Shown: positions 25,019 through 38,170 of the stretch, piece by piece
Position numbering within the stretch: the first letter of the stretch is position 1
Layout: the number at the start of each line of letters is the position of its first letter
NCBI GenBank assembly: GCA_010093815.1
Contig: ML996583.1
Source of the DNA: Pseudovirgaria hyperparasitica
Taxonomy: Eukaryota
Strand: one strand, 5' to 3'
Length of the DNA stretch: 64,000 bases
The notes under the pieces: model-generated
What the model was told of the DNA's origin: nothing
What the model saw: the letters and a program-made list of their open reading frames with translations, nothing else
Database searches by the model: none
Made by a program: the position numbers and the translations under genes

Positions 25019-26630
25019 CTACATCCACAAACACAATTTTCCACTAGCAGTACCTGCAGCAACCCAGTCCCTCTCCGGATGAAACTGGGCCACCGCTGGT
25101 ACCGCCGTTATCAGCTCCGGGTCCCCTAATTGCGCCAACTGCTGCCCGCTCGCCGTATACACATCTACAAAGCGGTTCATGTTCCCAATCACAAATCGCT
25201 GCACGCCATCCACCGGGCTGCGCTGCCACTGCGGCCGCAAGATCGTTACCCATCGTCCAGTCTGGTTGTTGTGCGGGACGACCGTCACAGGCGCCATTTT
25301 GGCTTCTGAGAGGGCTAAACCTGCCGCGCCCGAACCTGCTGTCGCGAAATCGTATATCTTGACTGTATCGTCGTAGGAGGACGTGGCGAGGTGGCCGGAT
25401 GGCGCGAACGCGGCGTGAGAGACGGACAGACGCGACTCGTGCTCGCCGAGAAGGGCGGGCAGTGCGTTCTCGCCTTTGCCTGCGATCTTGCGCAGGTCCC
25501 AGAGTTTGAGCGTTCGGTCTAGAGAGGCTGTGGCTACGACGTGTGGCGATGTTGGGTGCAGTGAAAAGCCGCCTATTTTCTTTTCGCAGAGCTGGTATAG
25601 AGGTGAGGACGCGGTTTCGGTGGACGGCGTACGGGTGTCGTGGTGTCCGAAGGAGCCATCGAGGGTGGTGAAGTAGACAGTGTGCGGGTCGGAGGGATGG
25701 ACTTCGATGCCGGATAAAGGGGCGTCGTGGGAGGGATCGGGAGGGGCGTAGATTTCGACAGCGACGCCTTTATTGAGGTCCATGCGACGGATTGTGGAGT
25801 CGTATGAGGAAGAATAGATGTGGTGGGCGGAGGAAGGGGAGCATTGCAGGGCCGAGATTGTACGGGTATGGATCTTGAGAGTCGTAATGGCAGGAGAGCG
25901 ATCGTCCTCATCGTCGGAGTCTTCCTCCTTTTTGACAGCTGGAGCCTGTGGTGAGCAATCGCATATGCCCAGATTGCCCATCTTATCGCCAGCGAGAACG
26001 AGAGGTTTGTCGGTTGTGGGATGAAAGCTCATTGCGTAGATGCGCTCAGGGGTGATTTTGATCTCTTTGATATTCGTTAGCACGCGTCTCTTGTAGGACA
26101 TCTTGATTCATCATAACTATACCATTTGGTGTAAAGTCTTCCCACAGTTCAAGACTGCTCATCTTCTCCCTCAATGCCTGCAACTCTTTGTCACTTGTTT
26201 CCTTCTTGGCATCGAAAGTCCTCTCATAGGGCCTTGACGCTCTGATATCCGCAATCGCAGTCCAATCATTCCCGGCAACCAGCGCATCTCCAAGATTGAT
26301 ATCGCCACTAACGCGCTGTCTCTTTGCTCTTTCGGCCTCTCGGAGGGCCTCGTGCTCGTCCTCGGCTTTCCGTTTAGCTACTTCGCTGTCTGCGACAATG
26401 CCCCTCAAGCGCGATGATGTTCGCCGTGGGCCTATGTCTTCTTCCTTTATCTTCTTGGGGGCTGGCTTCTTCTTCTTTGCCGCACCGTTCGACGCGGCTT
26501 TCCTCGCCGAAGGCGCGATTCCTGCAGAGGCGGCATCAAGGGCAAGATCCCTTAGGAGAGCCTGATTCTTCGCAATCTTCTCTTGTCGAGCTCTTTCATA
26601 CTCGCTAGTTGCAGCAGATGTCCGCGCCAT
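25019..26630 (-). CDS. CMR1: WD40 DNA damage-binding protein Cmr1/WDR76
   Basis: ATG 26630; [27 protein letters not shown]; intron 26122..26065; [10 protein letters not shown]40 repeats, [17 protein letters not shown]-terminal ASGKLCLWM. Confidence 0.93.
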
Positions 26631-26663
26631 TTGTGTTGCCTCGCAAGAATACTCAATTGTGTG

Positions 26664-26707
26664 ACGCGCAGCAACTATAGGTAATGCGGTCATTGAACTT
26701 GACGCGT
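26664..26707. promoter_or_regulatory. MCB-like elements (ACGCG and ACGCGT) in the short CMR1/MTF2 divergent promoter
   Basis: ACGCG at 26664-26668 and a perfect ACGCGT at 26702-26707, both within the roughly 190-bp gap between the two start codons. Function is inferred only. Confidence 0.35.
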
Positions 26708-26818
26708 CGGAGGATACCCGCAATCACCTGACTTGGCGTTTTGCCAAGATTTCCCAATTAGACATCTAGGTATTCTTTCGGACTTCGTGCCGTGATTCCT
26801 CACTTCTCTGCAGTCACA

Positions 26819-28246
26819 ATGTCGTTACCGTCGTGCAGTAGGCGATTTGCCTACAAGATCACGGCCGATATATTACCTAGTCCTAGGACGTCATCCGGTC
26901 TCTCTTTCTTATACAACACTCCTACTATCCTAAGCCAAACAGTCTCGCGCCGCCGCAATTTACACACATACTCCCCGTCAGACTCAGTACCGTTCGATGA
27001 CGCCCAAGTCCCAGTCGCGAGAAAGCCTCGCAATCTCAACGACATCATCAGCGGCAAGAGAGGGACCAGCGTGACTGAAGCGGAGAGGAAGGTCTTCGAA
27101 CAGATCTTTTACGATGCAGAACAGCAGAAAGACGAAACGTCATCTGTCGACCAGCTAGTGTCGAACGAGGAGGACCTCGACGACGAAGACATTCTCCAAA
27201 TCGAAGAAGAAGAAGAAGATCCCATGGACATCGGCCGGCCCCGTAGGGGCAAGAAGGCGTTCAGCAACGACACAGACGACTTCCTCAAAGCCATCGCCGG
27301 CATCGAGAAGAATCGCAAGAAAACCCTCGGGCCCTCCTATCTCTGGCCCCAAGAAACCCAAAAGACAATGCAGCACGCCGAGAAGCAGATGAAGGCAAAG
27401 ATCGCCCGCAAGGCACCCAAGTTCCTCACGCATACCAACCTTCTGAAGCAGCGACAGCAAACCGAGCGCATCCGCGTGAGCAACCTCGTCAGGCGAGCCC
27501 GAACCGATTTCGAACTCTGGAACATCCTCGAGACCGAGGTTTTCGCCCCTGTCCGCGCCTTGCGACTCGACGACGACGACGCCGCCGCCGTCGCCGCCGC
27601 TGCTTCTGCTTCTACTGCCTCTATCCCCGACGACACAAGCACAGACGCCATCCCGAAAACAGTCGCAACACTCGCCGATCTAGCACAATCCCGCAGCAGA
27701 GCATCGTACACCAACGCGCCGCATCTCGCCATCATCGGCCCAACCTACCCATCCGTCATGGTCCTCGCGCTGCGCGTACTACGACACCGCTTCCCCTCCT
27801 CGACCCTCCCGCTCAGCGTCCTGCCAGCCATGCGCTCGCTCGGCCGCAGCAGCTTCGTCCTCGGAGCCAGCACGTCGCTCTACCACCAGCTCATCATCCA
27901 CTACTGGCTCAAGTACTCGGACTTATCGGGTATCAACGCGCTGCTCGAAGAAATGGCGAATGGCGTTGTGGAATTCAATCACACGACGCTCGACCTGCTC
28001 CAGCACATTACGCGCGAGGTGTTCCGGGCGCGGGACGGGCAGTTGGGTCCTGTTATGAAGGCGCTGTGGGGCATGGATATGTTTACGGATGCGTTGGGCG
28101 AGATGTGGCGGTGGAGGGAGCGGATCACGAAGGAGTTGCCGGATGAGAAGCCGGTTCAGAATTGGGATTCGGGTGAGGGGTCGGTGATTAGGCCGGTTTA
28201 TAGGACTTTTACGAGGAAGGTCTTTACGGCGCCTAGCACGTTTTGA
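26819..28246 (+). CDS. Mtf2-like mitochondrial protein
   Basis: ATG 26819 with an S/R-rich presequence. The C-terminal block TDFELWNILETEVF...YPSVMVLALR...LGRSSFVLGASTSLYH...LLEEM resembles the fungal Mtf2-like family. Confidence 0.7.
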   Translation: MSLPSCSRRFAYKITADILPSPRTSSGLSFLYNTPTILSQTVSRRRNLHTYSPSDSVPFDDAQVPVARKPRNLNDIISGKRGTSVTEAERKVFEQIFYDAEQQKDETSSVDQLVSNEEDLDDEDILQIEEEEEDPMDIGRPRRGKKAFSNDTDDFLKAIAGIEKNRKKTLGPSYLWPQETQKTMQHAEKQMKAKIARKAPKFLTHTNLLKQRQQTERIRVSNLVRRARTDFELWNILETEVFAPVRALRLDDDDAAAVAAAASASTASIPDDTSTDAIPKTVATLADLAQSRSRASYTNAPHLAIIGPTYPSVMVLALRVLRHRFPSSTLPLSVLPAMRSLGRSSFVLGASTSLYHQLIIHYWLKYSDLSGINALLEEMANGVVEFNHTTLDLLQHITREVFRARDGQLGPVMKALWGMDMFTDALGEMWRWRERITKELPDEKPVQNWDSGEGSVIRPVYRTFTRKVFTAPSTF

Positions 28247-28409
28247 AGCTTTGAGAGGGATGTATCGCTGTAGATGGGATTATGGAAGCTAAATATATGT
28301 TGCTCACTCCGCGTGCAGACAAGTATGCAGACATGGCTGTGTCGCTGCACACTTCGCACAATCCATGTCTCATAAAACCACCCGCCCTGAACGTCGGCAC
28401 ATCACCCTC

Positions 28410-30632
28410 CTACACCATCCCACTCCCAAGCTTCTTCGGGCCCCTAGCAATCTTCGGCGGTCCTTCAGGCTTCACCGTGACCTTCGATTTCCCGCTTGAG
28501 GGGGCCTTAACTGCAACACTAGGTACGACCTTCGTTGATACCGTATTTGGCTTCACAACATCACTGTGCCCTTGCTCTACTGCTGCTTGTTTAATCTTCA
28601 CCCCGCCTTTCGTCTCGATATACCCCGTCTTCATGTTGCTCCCTTGTGCTATGCTAGCTTTGCCTTGGCCGCCAGACGTCTTGATCCGGACTCCGCCTTT
28701 AGTTTGGAGGTAGCTTTCTGGTATTGTGGGTGTAGTAGGCTTTGCAGATGGCTGGATCTGTACGCGAATGCCATTGATGATCGCGTATTGTGGTGAGTCT
28801 GGGTTTGCCGATGTTTGTTTTGTGGGTGGGAAGGGGACGGGGACAGAAGTCTCAGGAATATGAGTTCGTCCTGGTGTCGGAGCAGCAGATTTTCCTGGTG
28901 TTCTCGACGGCGCGGTTCTCGCAACTGACCCGAGAGCTGTTGATGATGCCGGCACTCTCTGCGAGGTTGCAGGCCTAGAAGGGTCCTTCGCCGCGGTACC
29001 CGTCCTACTCTGATTCCTCTGAAGTCCTGTCCTGACCCCGCTCATCGCAGCAGCTCTTGCCGCCTTTGTATCCGGCAGCTCCCTGACAAATTTCCCAACT
29101 CTCCTCCTCTGCTCCGCCTCGAGCCCGACCTCCTTTGGTAGACTATCCTTGAACAATTTCAGATACTTCAGTTTCTTCTTCTTGTCCTCTTCCGTGTTAC
29201 CTTTCATCTGTACCTCCGGCGGACTCAGGGGTGTTGACATGCCCGGTACGCCGTGCTCGAGCATCTTTTCGAGATCAGCGGCGTTGGTGGGTAGTGAGAC
29301 TTGACCCATCAGCGGGCCGAGGGCTTGCGTGAAGTAGGACATTCCGTTTGTGAACGGAAGATCGGACGGTGATGCGCCGTATGCCAGAAAGAGTGCCATG
29401 GCCAGCGCGGTGATGGGTGCGAAGATGCGTATGAATTCCTCTGGACGGCCGCTCTTGATCTCTGTCTCGATGGACACGGCTGGGCGTGCAACGCTCCGAA
29501 TGCTACTCTCACTCTTCGAGTCCGCTCCTTGTGCAAGTTGGTCTTTCCAGTAGCTCGTGGCTGGAAAGCGAGTGTGCTTGGCAAAGTACGCGAGCATGTA
29601 GTCCTTCTCGCGCCATCTGTTCCTGAGCCAAGCGTCAAAAGCTTTGGGCCCATCGAGAGGTATATCGGCGATGCGGAAGCGGCGCCAGTGCATATTCACG
29701 CTCTTGGGTGGGCGGCCTTCGAAGAAAGAACTGCGTAGTGTGAAGACGTCCTGGCCATATGCGCCGGCAGGGACGCCTTCGTAGGCGATCGTGCAGTCAT
29801 ACAACCAGTCTGTGGATTCTCGTAATTCCTTTAGGCAGAAACGTAGGCCGGTGCTGCGAGGGAGTAGCTGGTGCTTCATGTCCTGAAGGTTGTTCTTCTT
29901 CGCCCAAGCTGTGCTCTTTTCGCGTGTGCCCGCGCTCAGGTTTGTACCTTCAGGGAAGATGATGAGCCACATCGGGTCAGAAGGCTGTTTGAGATGGGAC
30001 AAGGATTCGCGAAAGCGCGGCTGGTCCTCTTCCCATTTTCTACTCAGGAAAATGAAGTTGTAGAACTGGCAGCCCCAGCCTAGTATCGGGATCTTTTTCA
30101 AGGACTCCTTGAGGATGATATAAATCCGGCCATGCATCTTGTTGGTATATGCAATCCACCAGAGGTATAACCAGTCCGTGTATAGCTGATGATTGGCCAT
30201 AATTACGGTACGGTCAGAGAAGTTGCATCGCAGGCTACCATCTGAAAGTTTTATAAGTTGGCCTTTCATGCTCTCGTCGCCCGAGACGCGTACTTTCGTT
30301 GGAGCCCACCATTGTGTCAAAGATGTGATGAGTACTGCAAACGACTCTTTGGTATAGGCCATGTATGCATCATAGAATGCTGAGTCAATAAATTTAAGAG
30401 GGGCTCCAAGAAATTGAGAGGCAGTGATTCTGGTCACCAAATCAGATTTACCTCGGTGCAACATGACATTTACTTACGCCAGTACTCCAGATATGAACGT
30501 TGATCCGAGCGTAAAAGCTCTCTCTGCCTGACCAAATTCGCCATGGCGAGGCGGCCCAGACGGATGTCGGCCAAGTTTGGTAGGGCCCAGATTCAATCCA
30601 ACGCCAAAGTCTTTTTTTGGTTTCATTGCCAT
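28410..30632 (-). CDS. Lysophospholipid acyltransferase (Cst26/LCLAT1-like) with a long low-complexity C-terminal tail
   Basis: Exon 1 30632-30478 (HPSGPPRHG), intron 30477..30430. PlsC motifs ANHQLYTDW, ILKESLK, FIFLSRKW, IFPEGT, LLPRSTG and YDCTIAY. Confidence 0.9.
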
Positions 30633-31159
30633 ACCAAGACGATGCACATATTCTACGACTACCCTTCTGTCTTCGACATGACGGCTAAGCTATCATCATG
30701 ATGGAGAACTTGTCGCAATTCCTGCTCCTTGGAAGTGACCTGGTTCCTGATCCCTGACCCCAAGCAACTGTGGCGGCGTTGTGACGTCGTTTGTAATACC
30801 AGGATGCCTGCATGCCATTACCAAGATTGCAGCATCTCCTCCTTTCGCAAACGAAATGCACACATTGCTGCTGCATCGATAAAAGTCGCAGAATCGCAAA
30901 CGCTCCCGGAAAGTCTGGTCGATACCTTTGCTCGGTAAGTTGACTCTTACTATTTAGCGCGAAGATTTCTTTGTATGGTCTTCAAGCAGCCGTGTACCAG
31001 GGACATTTACTGCTTTCAGTATTATGTTGTGCTCAGGTGGCCGTACACTGGATAAGACTCCGAATATACTAGGGATTCAGGCTTTGCGCAGTCTGTCTTG
31101 CCGAACAATCAAGCTGACACACCAGTAGAAGACATCGGATCATTAAAACACCAAACCAG

Positions 31160-31692
31160 ATGCCTACCTCATCGGTTTCGAAGACAAGCCAGGCGGCCAA
31201 ACGCACACCGAAGACTCCTCAGGTCAATGGAGCTGTCAACGGGCATATCCCTTCGCCGTACGAGATCATGGCCGGAAGGATTGCGAATCGTGTGGCAGAG
31301 ATGGCAGAAAACATGACCTTCGTCGAACGTGAGAGGTAAGAAGTCCACGTCTATGTGGTGATATCTCCTGCTAACCCGGTCGAGATAGACCACAGCAGCA
31401 GCCTACTCCGTCATCGCCTGTGCCACAGCAAAAGAAGCCGCCACGCAAACTGGAGATGAGGCTCCAGAAGTACGCACAAGCACAGTCTGACGTCACCTTT
31501 TCAGCGCCATTCTTGGACAACACACTGTCAAAGATGCTCGATTTACAAAACCGCATGCTGAGAGTTGGCAAAGATATCGGTGCGGATGAAAACGTTAGTG
31601 AGGAGATTAAACAAGAACAGTTCAAGCAATCTGCTGAGCTCAGCCGGATCATTGCGTTGATATGTGCAGAGAAAGCTAGACAGGGAGCCTAG
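31160..31692 (+). CDS. Small hypothetical protein (at least 2 exons)
   Basis: ATG 31160 (MPTSSVSK...), GTAAGA...GCTAAC...TAG intron at about 31336-31388 joining in frame to ORF 31420..31692. A phase-compatible upstream exon starting at 30804 is possible. No recognisable domain. Confidence 0.55.
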
Positions 31693-33210
31693 AGAGGACG
31701 TGATTTATAGGTGCTCGTCTCATGGCGGCTGTCTGGACAACATGATTGTTTCGTAATCCTACTGATTTGAGGATGAATGGTGCTCTTTGGACGGTGTTTA
31801 GCATGGAAAGCTGCACGATATCTGGATAATTGGCGATCAAAGACTTGTACTGTATGCTCTAATTAGTCTCTTTATCAAAACATGGAGGTATTCTTGAGCA
31901 ACGTCACAAGGGAAGCGTCCCAAGCTCAGCGAATTCTTGATTTGCGCCTGGTACAGCGACCAAGACGTCGTGTTTCATCTAATGATCGCTTAGACATGGA
32001 GTATAGAGCAATCCATAGAGCAGTTATGCACTTTTCAGCGCAGGATATATGCCTGCCCTTGACCCCTAGAAGGCTCAGATCGTCCGGAAACGAGCCCGAA
32101 GGGTTGACTGGGGGACTTTTTAGATCAGGAACAAGCCGAGCAGAAGTTGGCAGGAGGCGCCGGAAAGGATGACGGCTGTAGCAATGATCGACAAGCGTTT
32201 TGTGATGATGATGATGATGATGACTGTTGCGATGATGGTTGGTATTGGTTGGCATTGGTTGGCATTTTGTTGCAGGTGAAAGCTACCAATGAAGACGCTG
32301 GGAGGACTCCTCGGTTAGGATGGCAGGCGATCAATCACTTTCTACCTGCTGTTTTCTGTCAGGTAGAAAGCATCAATCGTTGTATGATGGCCTGTGGTTT
32401 ATTACCATCACCATCAAAGAAACGTCGAAAGGCCGTGGGTATAAGCTCTAGGAGCGAATGAGCGTTGTCGTTGTTGACAAGGCTGAAGAATAGGCACGCA
32501 GGTGTGTTTCCAAGGCTTCCCGAGGTCCAGGACGACAAATACAGTGGCTAGCACTGAATAGTACGCACGACCCCGCAAACCAGCAAACGCTCCAAGCCAT
32601 ATCCGATGCAGAGTGGTGTGTTTTGGCGTGCTGATGACGTTTGCGTGCGTATCCCGTATCCCGTATCGCCGTCCTAGCAAGCATTGTCAGCCCTGATAAT
32701 TACTGTAAAGGTTTAATAGGTTTGGCCAAGGTCAAAAGTAATTAATTACTATGAGTAGCCAGCAACACTTTCTAGTTGTTCTCAAGAATTCTGCTCTCCC
32801 GATACTACCACCAAATCCTCACAAGATCACAAGATTTATTTATTGCTCAGGTGAAACATGCATCGGTAGCGGGCCCACACGCGCTGCACCCTGACCCTGA
32901 GTTCTGACTGACTGAACCCGTTTTTTGGCTGCGCTGCGCCCCGTTTCTATCGATTCGTATCCGCTCAACTCGCTGCTTTTGGGCACTGACTGGCCGCGAC
33001 AAGCAATTCCAATAGCGCTGCCCTTACTCATTTCTTGCCACCATCACAACAACTTCTTCAGCATCAACAACTCTTCCCACCGCCTTTTCATCCTCCATAT
33101 ACATCTTCCAAGCACGCCGCTGGACTTTTCTCCTGTTGGCTCTTTCGTTCGTTCTGTCTTGTTTGCTTCCAGGTCTCTCGTTTGCTTGTTCTACCACTAG
33201 CTGTCCATCC

Positions 33211-35664
33211 ATGGCGACCCTTCCCGCAGACCCACCCACGCCGCGTCTTTCAGTCTTTCGCGAGGTTGGACTGGACGACGAAGACGACACGACCCTCTTC
33301 ACATCTCTGCCACTACAGCGACCGCAGCTTAGAGTTCGCTTTCGAAGTCACAACTCCATAATAAATCCCAATGGTGAGGACAACGCAGACGACTCCGACG
33401 ATTGGGAGAGTATTGACCATGTTGAAGGGGATGACTTTGACTGTCAGTCCGACGAAGATGTGGACGTAATCACAGTACAGTCAAGAGCGTCGCTACCGTA
33501 TCGCTTGACACTCCTTGCCTTATTCGTCGCTATTGCCTTACCCATCGTCCAGAGTGCACCATATCTGGTCTCTGCAAGAGATTCACTGTGGAGGCCTTGG
33601 ACAACGGTAAACCCCAGCAATAATTTGCAGAGAAGAGAAGATAGCCCGACGAATATTTGTAAGAGATGGAGCCATCAGAGTGCCGTGGTGAATGGCACCT
33701 TGTACATGTATGGTGGGCGGGCAATGAGTGACAAGTCACAGACATCTGACCAGTGGAGTACGTCACACGAGCACCGGATCTCTCGACGTCACTAACACAG
33801 CCAACAGATAACTACTTCCTCTCTCTCGATCTGACAAAGACTTGGCAAATCAGTGATCCTGCCCTCACTGGCTATCCTCAACCTTCCGGTCCTCCTCCTG
33901 TCTCGAATGGCTTCCTATGGAACTCTCACGATTCACTCTACCTATATGGCGGAGAGTTTTCTGATACGCCCATAACATCGCCCGTTCCATTCTCCACGTG
34001 GGAGTACGATATCAAGGCTGGAAACTGGGTGGAGCATGAGGATCCAAAAACATCCGCTGGAAAAAATGCCGAACCCGAAGGCCAATCAGTACAGCGTGCC
34101 GCCGAAGGAGCAGGAGCCGGCGTAGCGGCATTGGGTAGGGGATGGTACTTTGGAGGTCATCTGGACTTCCTGACGACATACGAATGGAGCAACCAGGTTG
34201 CCAGGGTCTACATCAAATCTTTGGTCGAATTCACGTTCCCAGGATACTCCAACAGTGCCGTTGACACTATTTCTAGTAGCCCGGCTGGAGACGATGGTGT
34301 CTGGCGTAACATCACACAGGGCGGCGTACAAGAGACCGGCGGGTTTCCCGAACGAGCGGATGGTCTTCTTGTCTACGTGCCTGGCTTTGGAGCTGAAGGT
34401 ATACTTTTGGGTCTTGCAGGGGGGGACAACCAGAGCTTCGTAAGTCGACTCGACTACTCCTTCCTCAATCCGACGACATACTAATCATCCCAAGACTCAA
34501 ATGAATGTTATCGATGTGTACGATATAGCCAATTCGACCTGGTACAAGCAGTCAACCGCTGGAACGACACCTGGAATACGGGTCAACCCTTGTGCTGTCG
34601 TTGCAGCTGCTCCTGACGGATCATCATACAACATGTACATGTACGGTGGTCAGGACTTGAAAGCTAACAATAGTCAACAAAACCAGTACGATGACATGTG
34701 GATCCTGTCTATGCCTTCCTTCACCTGGTTTGAAGTCAAGACGGACTCCCAAGTTCCCCCGGGCCGCTCAGGACACACCTGCAACGTCTGGGACGGTCAA
34801 CTTGTTCTCGTTGGCGGCTACGTCGGCCAAGATCTTCTTTGCGATTACCCCGGAATATATGTTTTTAATCTCACCAGCTTAAACTGGAATAATCAGTTCA
34901 CAGCCCTTACCGGCTCTGACAACATCAACAACAAAGACGCTGCCGACTTCAACCCCTTTTCCCAACAGTCGAACCAACTCTCCCACAAATCCGACTCCGG
35001 CACTGGCGGTCTCGAAGGCTCATACGGCTACCAAGTCCCCGCGCAAGTGTATTCTGCAATCGGCGGTAATGAGCTTGGCGGTGCCACTATCACCAAGCCC
35101 GTCGCGACCGCAACAGCAGGCCCTTTTGCCACTGGCTCGCCCATCACGTACACTGTCACAAACCCCGATGGTTCCATCGTAACGTCTATCACCGGGGGCG
35201 GCAAGTCCAATAATGGTGGCGGCACGAATGTCGCCGCAATCGTCGCCGGGTACTTTGCCTTCTGTGCCTGGATTTATCGGAAACAGCTTCAGCTATACAA
35301 GACTCACGCCGCAATGATGCAAGCACGCAACGCTAACGAGAAAGACGCCTTTCTACCGTCAGGCACCTCCATGATCGGAGGAGGAGCGGCGCTCGGCACG
35401 GCGCTAAGCAAGAGTAGCTCTGAGCGGGCGCAAGGACTGAGACCGGACAGTATTGCGAATACGGTGGGGAGCCACTCGCGTACTGCGAGTAGTGGAAATG
35501 GAATAGGTGCAGGGACGGCGTATGCGGGCGCAGGTGCGGGAATGGGGAGAGGCAGTATGGATTCGATGGAGGATCTGCTTGCGGACCAGGAGCCGAGCTT
35601 CTGGGGAACGAAGGGGGTGTTGTTGAATCCGAGAAGGAGTCTGAGGGTCATTAATCGGGATTAA
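33211..35664 (+). CDS. Kelch-repeat (beta-propeller) membrane protein
   Basis: Exons 33211-33757, 33808-34439 and 34495-35664. Kelch motifs LYMYGG, LYLYGG, WYFGG, MYMYGG and RSGHTC; hydrophobic segments near both ends; C-terminal LLNPRRSLRVINRD. Confidence 0.85.
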
Positions 35665-35960
35665 TGATGGAAGAGAGAGAGAGAGAGTAATAAGGAAGAG
35701 CGGGTATGTGAATTGTCGTCTGTCGTCTGTCGTCTGACGTTGTAGTTGTGTGCGAATACCCTGAAGATTTGTTTCGGAGGACATGTATAGAGTATATTTC
35801 AAGACCTGGATTCGAGGGTCGACAGGCATGCGCGGGAAACAAGATATGAGTACAGGACATAATGATAATGAATAAGAAGAATTAATACGATCATCCCATA
35901 TATATATCTATATATGACCGTATATTGATGCTGCGATTTTATGCCACAACGCTTAAATGC

Positions 35961-36976
35961 TCAGTCCTCATCAGGATCATACAGATCCAGCCCTCCATCA
36001 TCAAACGTCTCCACCGCCTTCCTCTCCTCCCTCCTCTCGCCCCCATCCTGATGCGCCTGTGCCTGCACCTGCGCCTGAGCCTTCGCATACGCATTCTCCC
36101 GCCGGGCCCTCTCCTCAGCAGCAGTCGCCTCCCGCAGCCGACGCAGGCGCTCCTCCTCCGCGGCCCTCGCCCGATCCGCCACCGCCTGCTCCTCGGCGCT
36201 CAGCACCTGCCACGGATCCAGGCCGCTGTCGAGCATGCGCTGGATCGCAAACAGGTTGCCGCTGCGGATGCGGTCGTTGCTGGGCCAGGGCTCCCAGGGC
36301 GCGGCGGCCATGCTCGCGAGGACGTCGCGCATTTCTTGGGATAGGCCTTTTTGGTTTGTGGGGAGGGTGGGGTCGTGGGTTGGGTCGAGGAGGGTGGTTG
36401 TTTGGGTGGGTTGTTGGTCGTCTTGGGGCAGTGTGGGGGATTGGGTGGTGCCGTTGGGGGGGTCGTCTGTGGTTATGGCTGTTGTTGTTGTTGTGGTGGT
36501 GGTTGTGGGTTCTGGTGCTGCTGCTGCTGCCGCAGCAGCATTGCGGACTGTGGGCGGACGCGTGGTTTTGCTGATGAATTTGGCGTACGAGAGGAGCTCG
36601 TCAAAGGGGACGTCGCGGGAGGTGCTGGGAAAGGTGGTGACGGGTGTAGCGACGAGCTCTCTGCGGGTTTCCGCGATCGTTGCGAGGATGGATTTGAGGG
36701 TGTTGTCGAGCGACTCGGCGGTCTGGCGGAGGGCGAGGATGCGAGTGTGGTTTGCTTGGTGCTGCTCGACTTTGGGACGTCAGTGAGATGAGACTGGGAG
36801 AGAGTATAGTTTATGTGGGGGGACAGACGTCTTTCGAGCTCCTTGTTGAGGCCCTCGTCGGCGTCCATGAGCTTCTTTGCATCCTCGATTAGCGGGTTGT
36901 AGGCGGTGATGGAGTCGATGAGGGTGCTGAGAGAGGATTCGAGGCGCGTGAATTGCGCGTCGAGCGCAGCTTCCAT
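35961..36976 (-). CDS. MED4: Mediator of RNA polymerase II transcription subunit 4
   Basis: MEAALDAQFTRLESSLSTLIDSITAYNP; intron 36828..36770; LEQHQANHTRI...DVPFDELLSYAKFISKTT...PWPSNDRIRSGNL...LDLYDPDED. Confidence 0.9.
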
Positions 36977-38170
36977 GGTGGTTGTTGGGCGTGTTGAGGG
37001 GTGTGTGAACTTGAATGATAGTGAGCGAATTGTGTAGATGCTTGGAAGTGTAATGTCGAGGTAGTAATACTGTATGTAATTGTAGGTAATTCGACCAGAC
37101 GCCGACTGAAGCGTGCATCCTCATCTTTGGAGCCGAAACACGCTAACCAGTAATTAACCACACGGGCACTTGCGGGCAACTGGAGTAAAGCCGCATGTGC
37201 CAAGACTGCGGCCCACTAAGGTACAGTAATTAACTACGCCAGCGGCTCCCACCATGCATCCAGTGTCCTTCAGGTGACAACTTAATCGATTTCATCATCG
37301 GAATCTCAGATAGCGTGGCATAAGGCAGAATTAGGGGCGGCCGACAAAGACCTACATATAACCATATCTAGGCAGAGTGTATGCGGCCTTGTGGACTGAT
37401 TACGTCGCCGCTGGTCTATCTGGTCAGCCATTCAGTCCTCAGTTAACGACCTCGCGAACACCTGGCGTCCTCCACCTCTTTGTACATCCATGATAGACTT
37501 GACGGGTGACGGAGGCGTGTGGCACTAATATGGACGAGACGAGAACGGTTTATGTGGAATGAGTGGAATGAATGGATTATGACGATGCTCCACAACTACT
37601 GCTGCCACCAGGCCGACACTCAGCTGCCTACCTCTCTGCCACTGCCTAATCATATACTAGTATACCTTACATGTCATATCCATCACCCCCGCCGCCATAA
37701 TGAATGGACGCCCACCTGCATTACCCGGGAATCCATTCTTAATTACATACAGCACTGAAGAACTACCTATATATCCTACACTATTAGCTACATACATGCC
37801 ACACACACACACACATCCGTCTCTCCCATTCTCCATTCTTGATTCTCCATTCTCGTCCTACTACTAATTACTATTACTCCCTCCGCCTCGAAAGCCAACC
37901 CCAAACCCCCCCAAACCCAGTCGGGCGGCGCTCCCGTAGTCCCTCCCTGCCCATCATCTCTTTCTTGTCGCACCCCGCCCGCGCGTCATTTCGCCTCAGC
38001 TTGGGTCCCCGCCAACTTTAACACACTGCTGCACCCTCTCCCATAACCATCCAGATCTTCCAGAAAAAAGTCCCACCCGTCCAGTTTTCCTCCATCACAC
38101 CGCCGTTACCAAGCTTTGCGCCCCCTATACCTGGTTTTTGGGCCCTCCTTGCAGGGAAGTCTTTGCAGCT

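Noticed and set aside
35925..36791. Long antisense or alternative-frame ORFs over MED4 (similarly over ZIM17, the F-box gene, CUL3 and CYR1)
   Set aside because: Shadow ORFs explained by GC-rich, skewed codon usage of the real genes.
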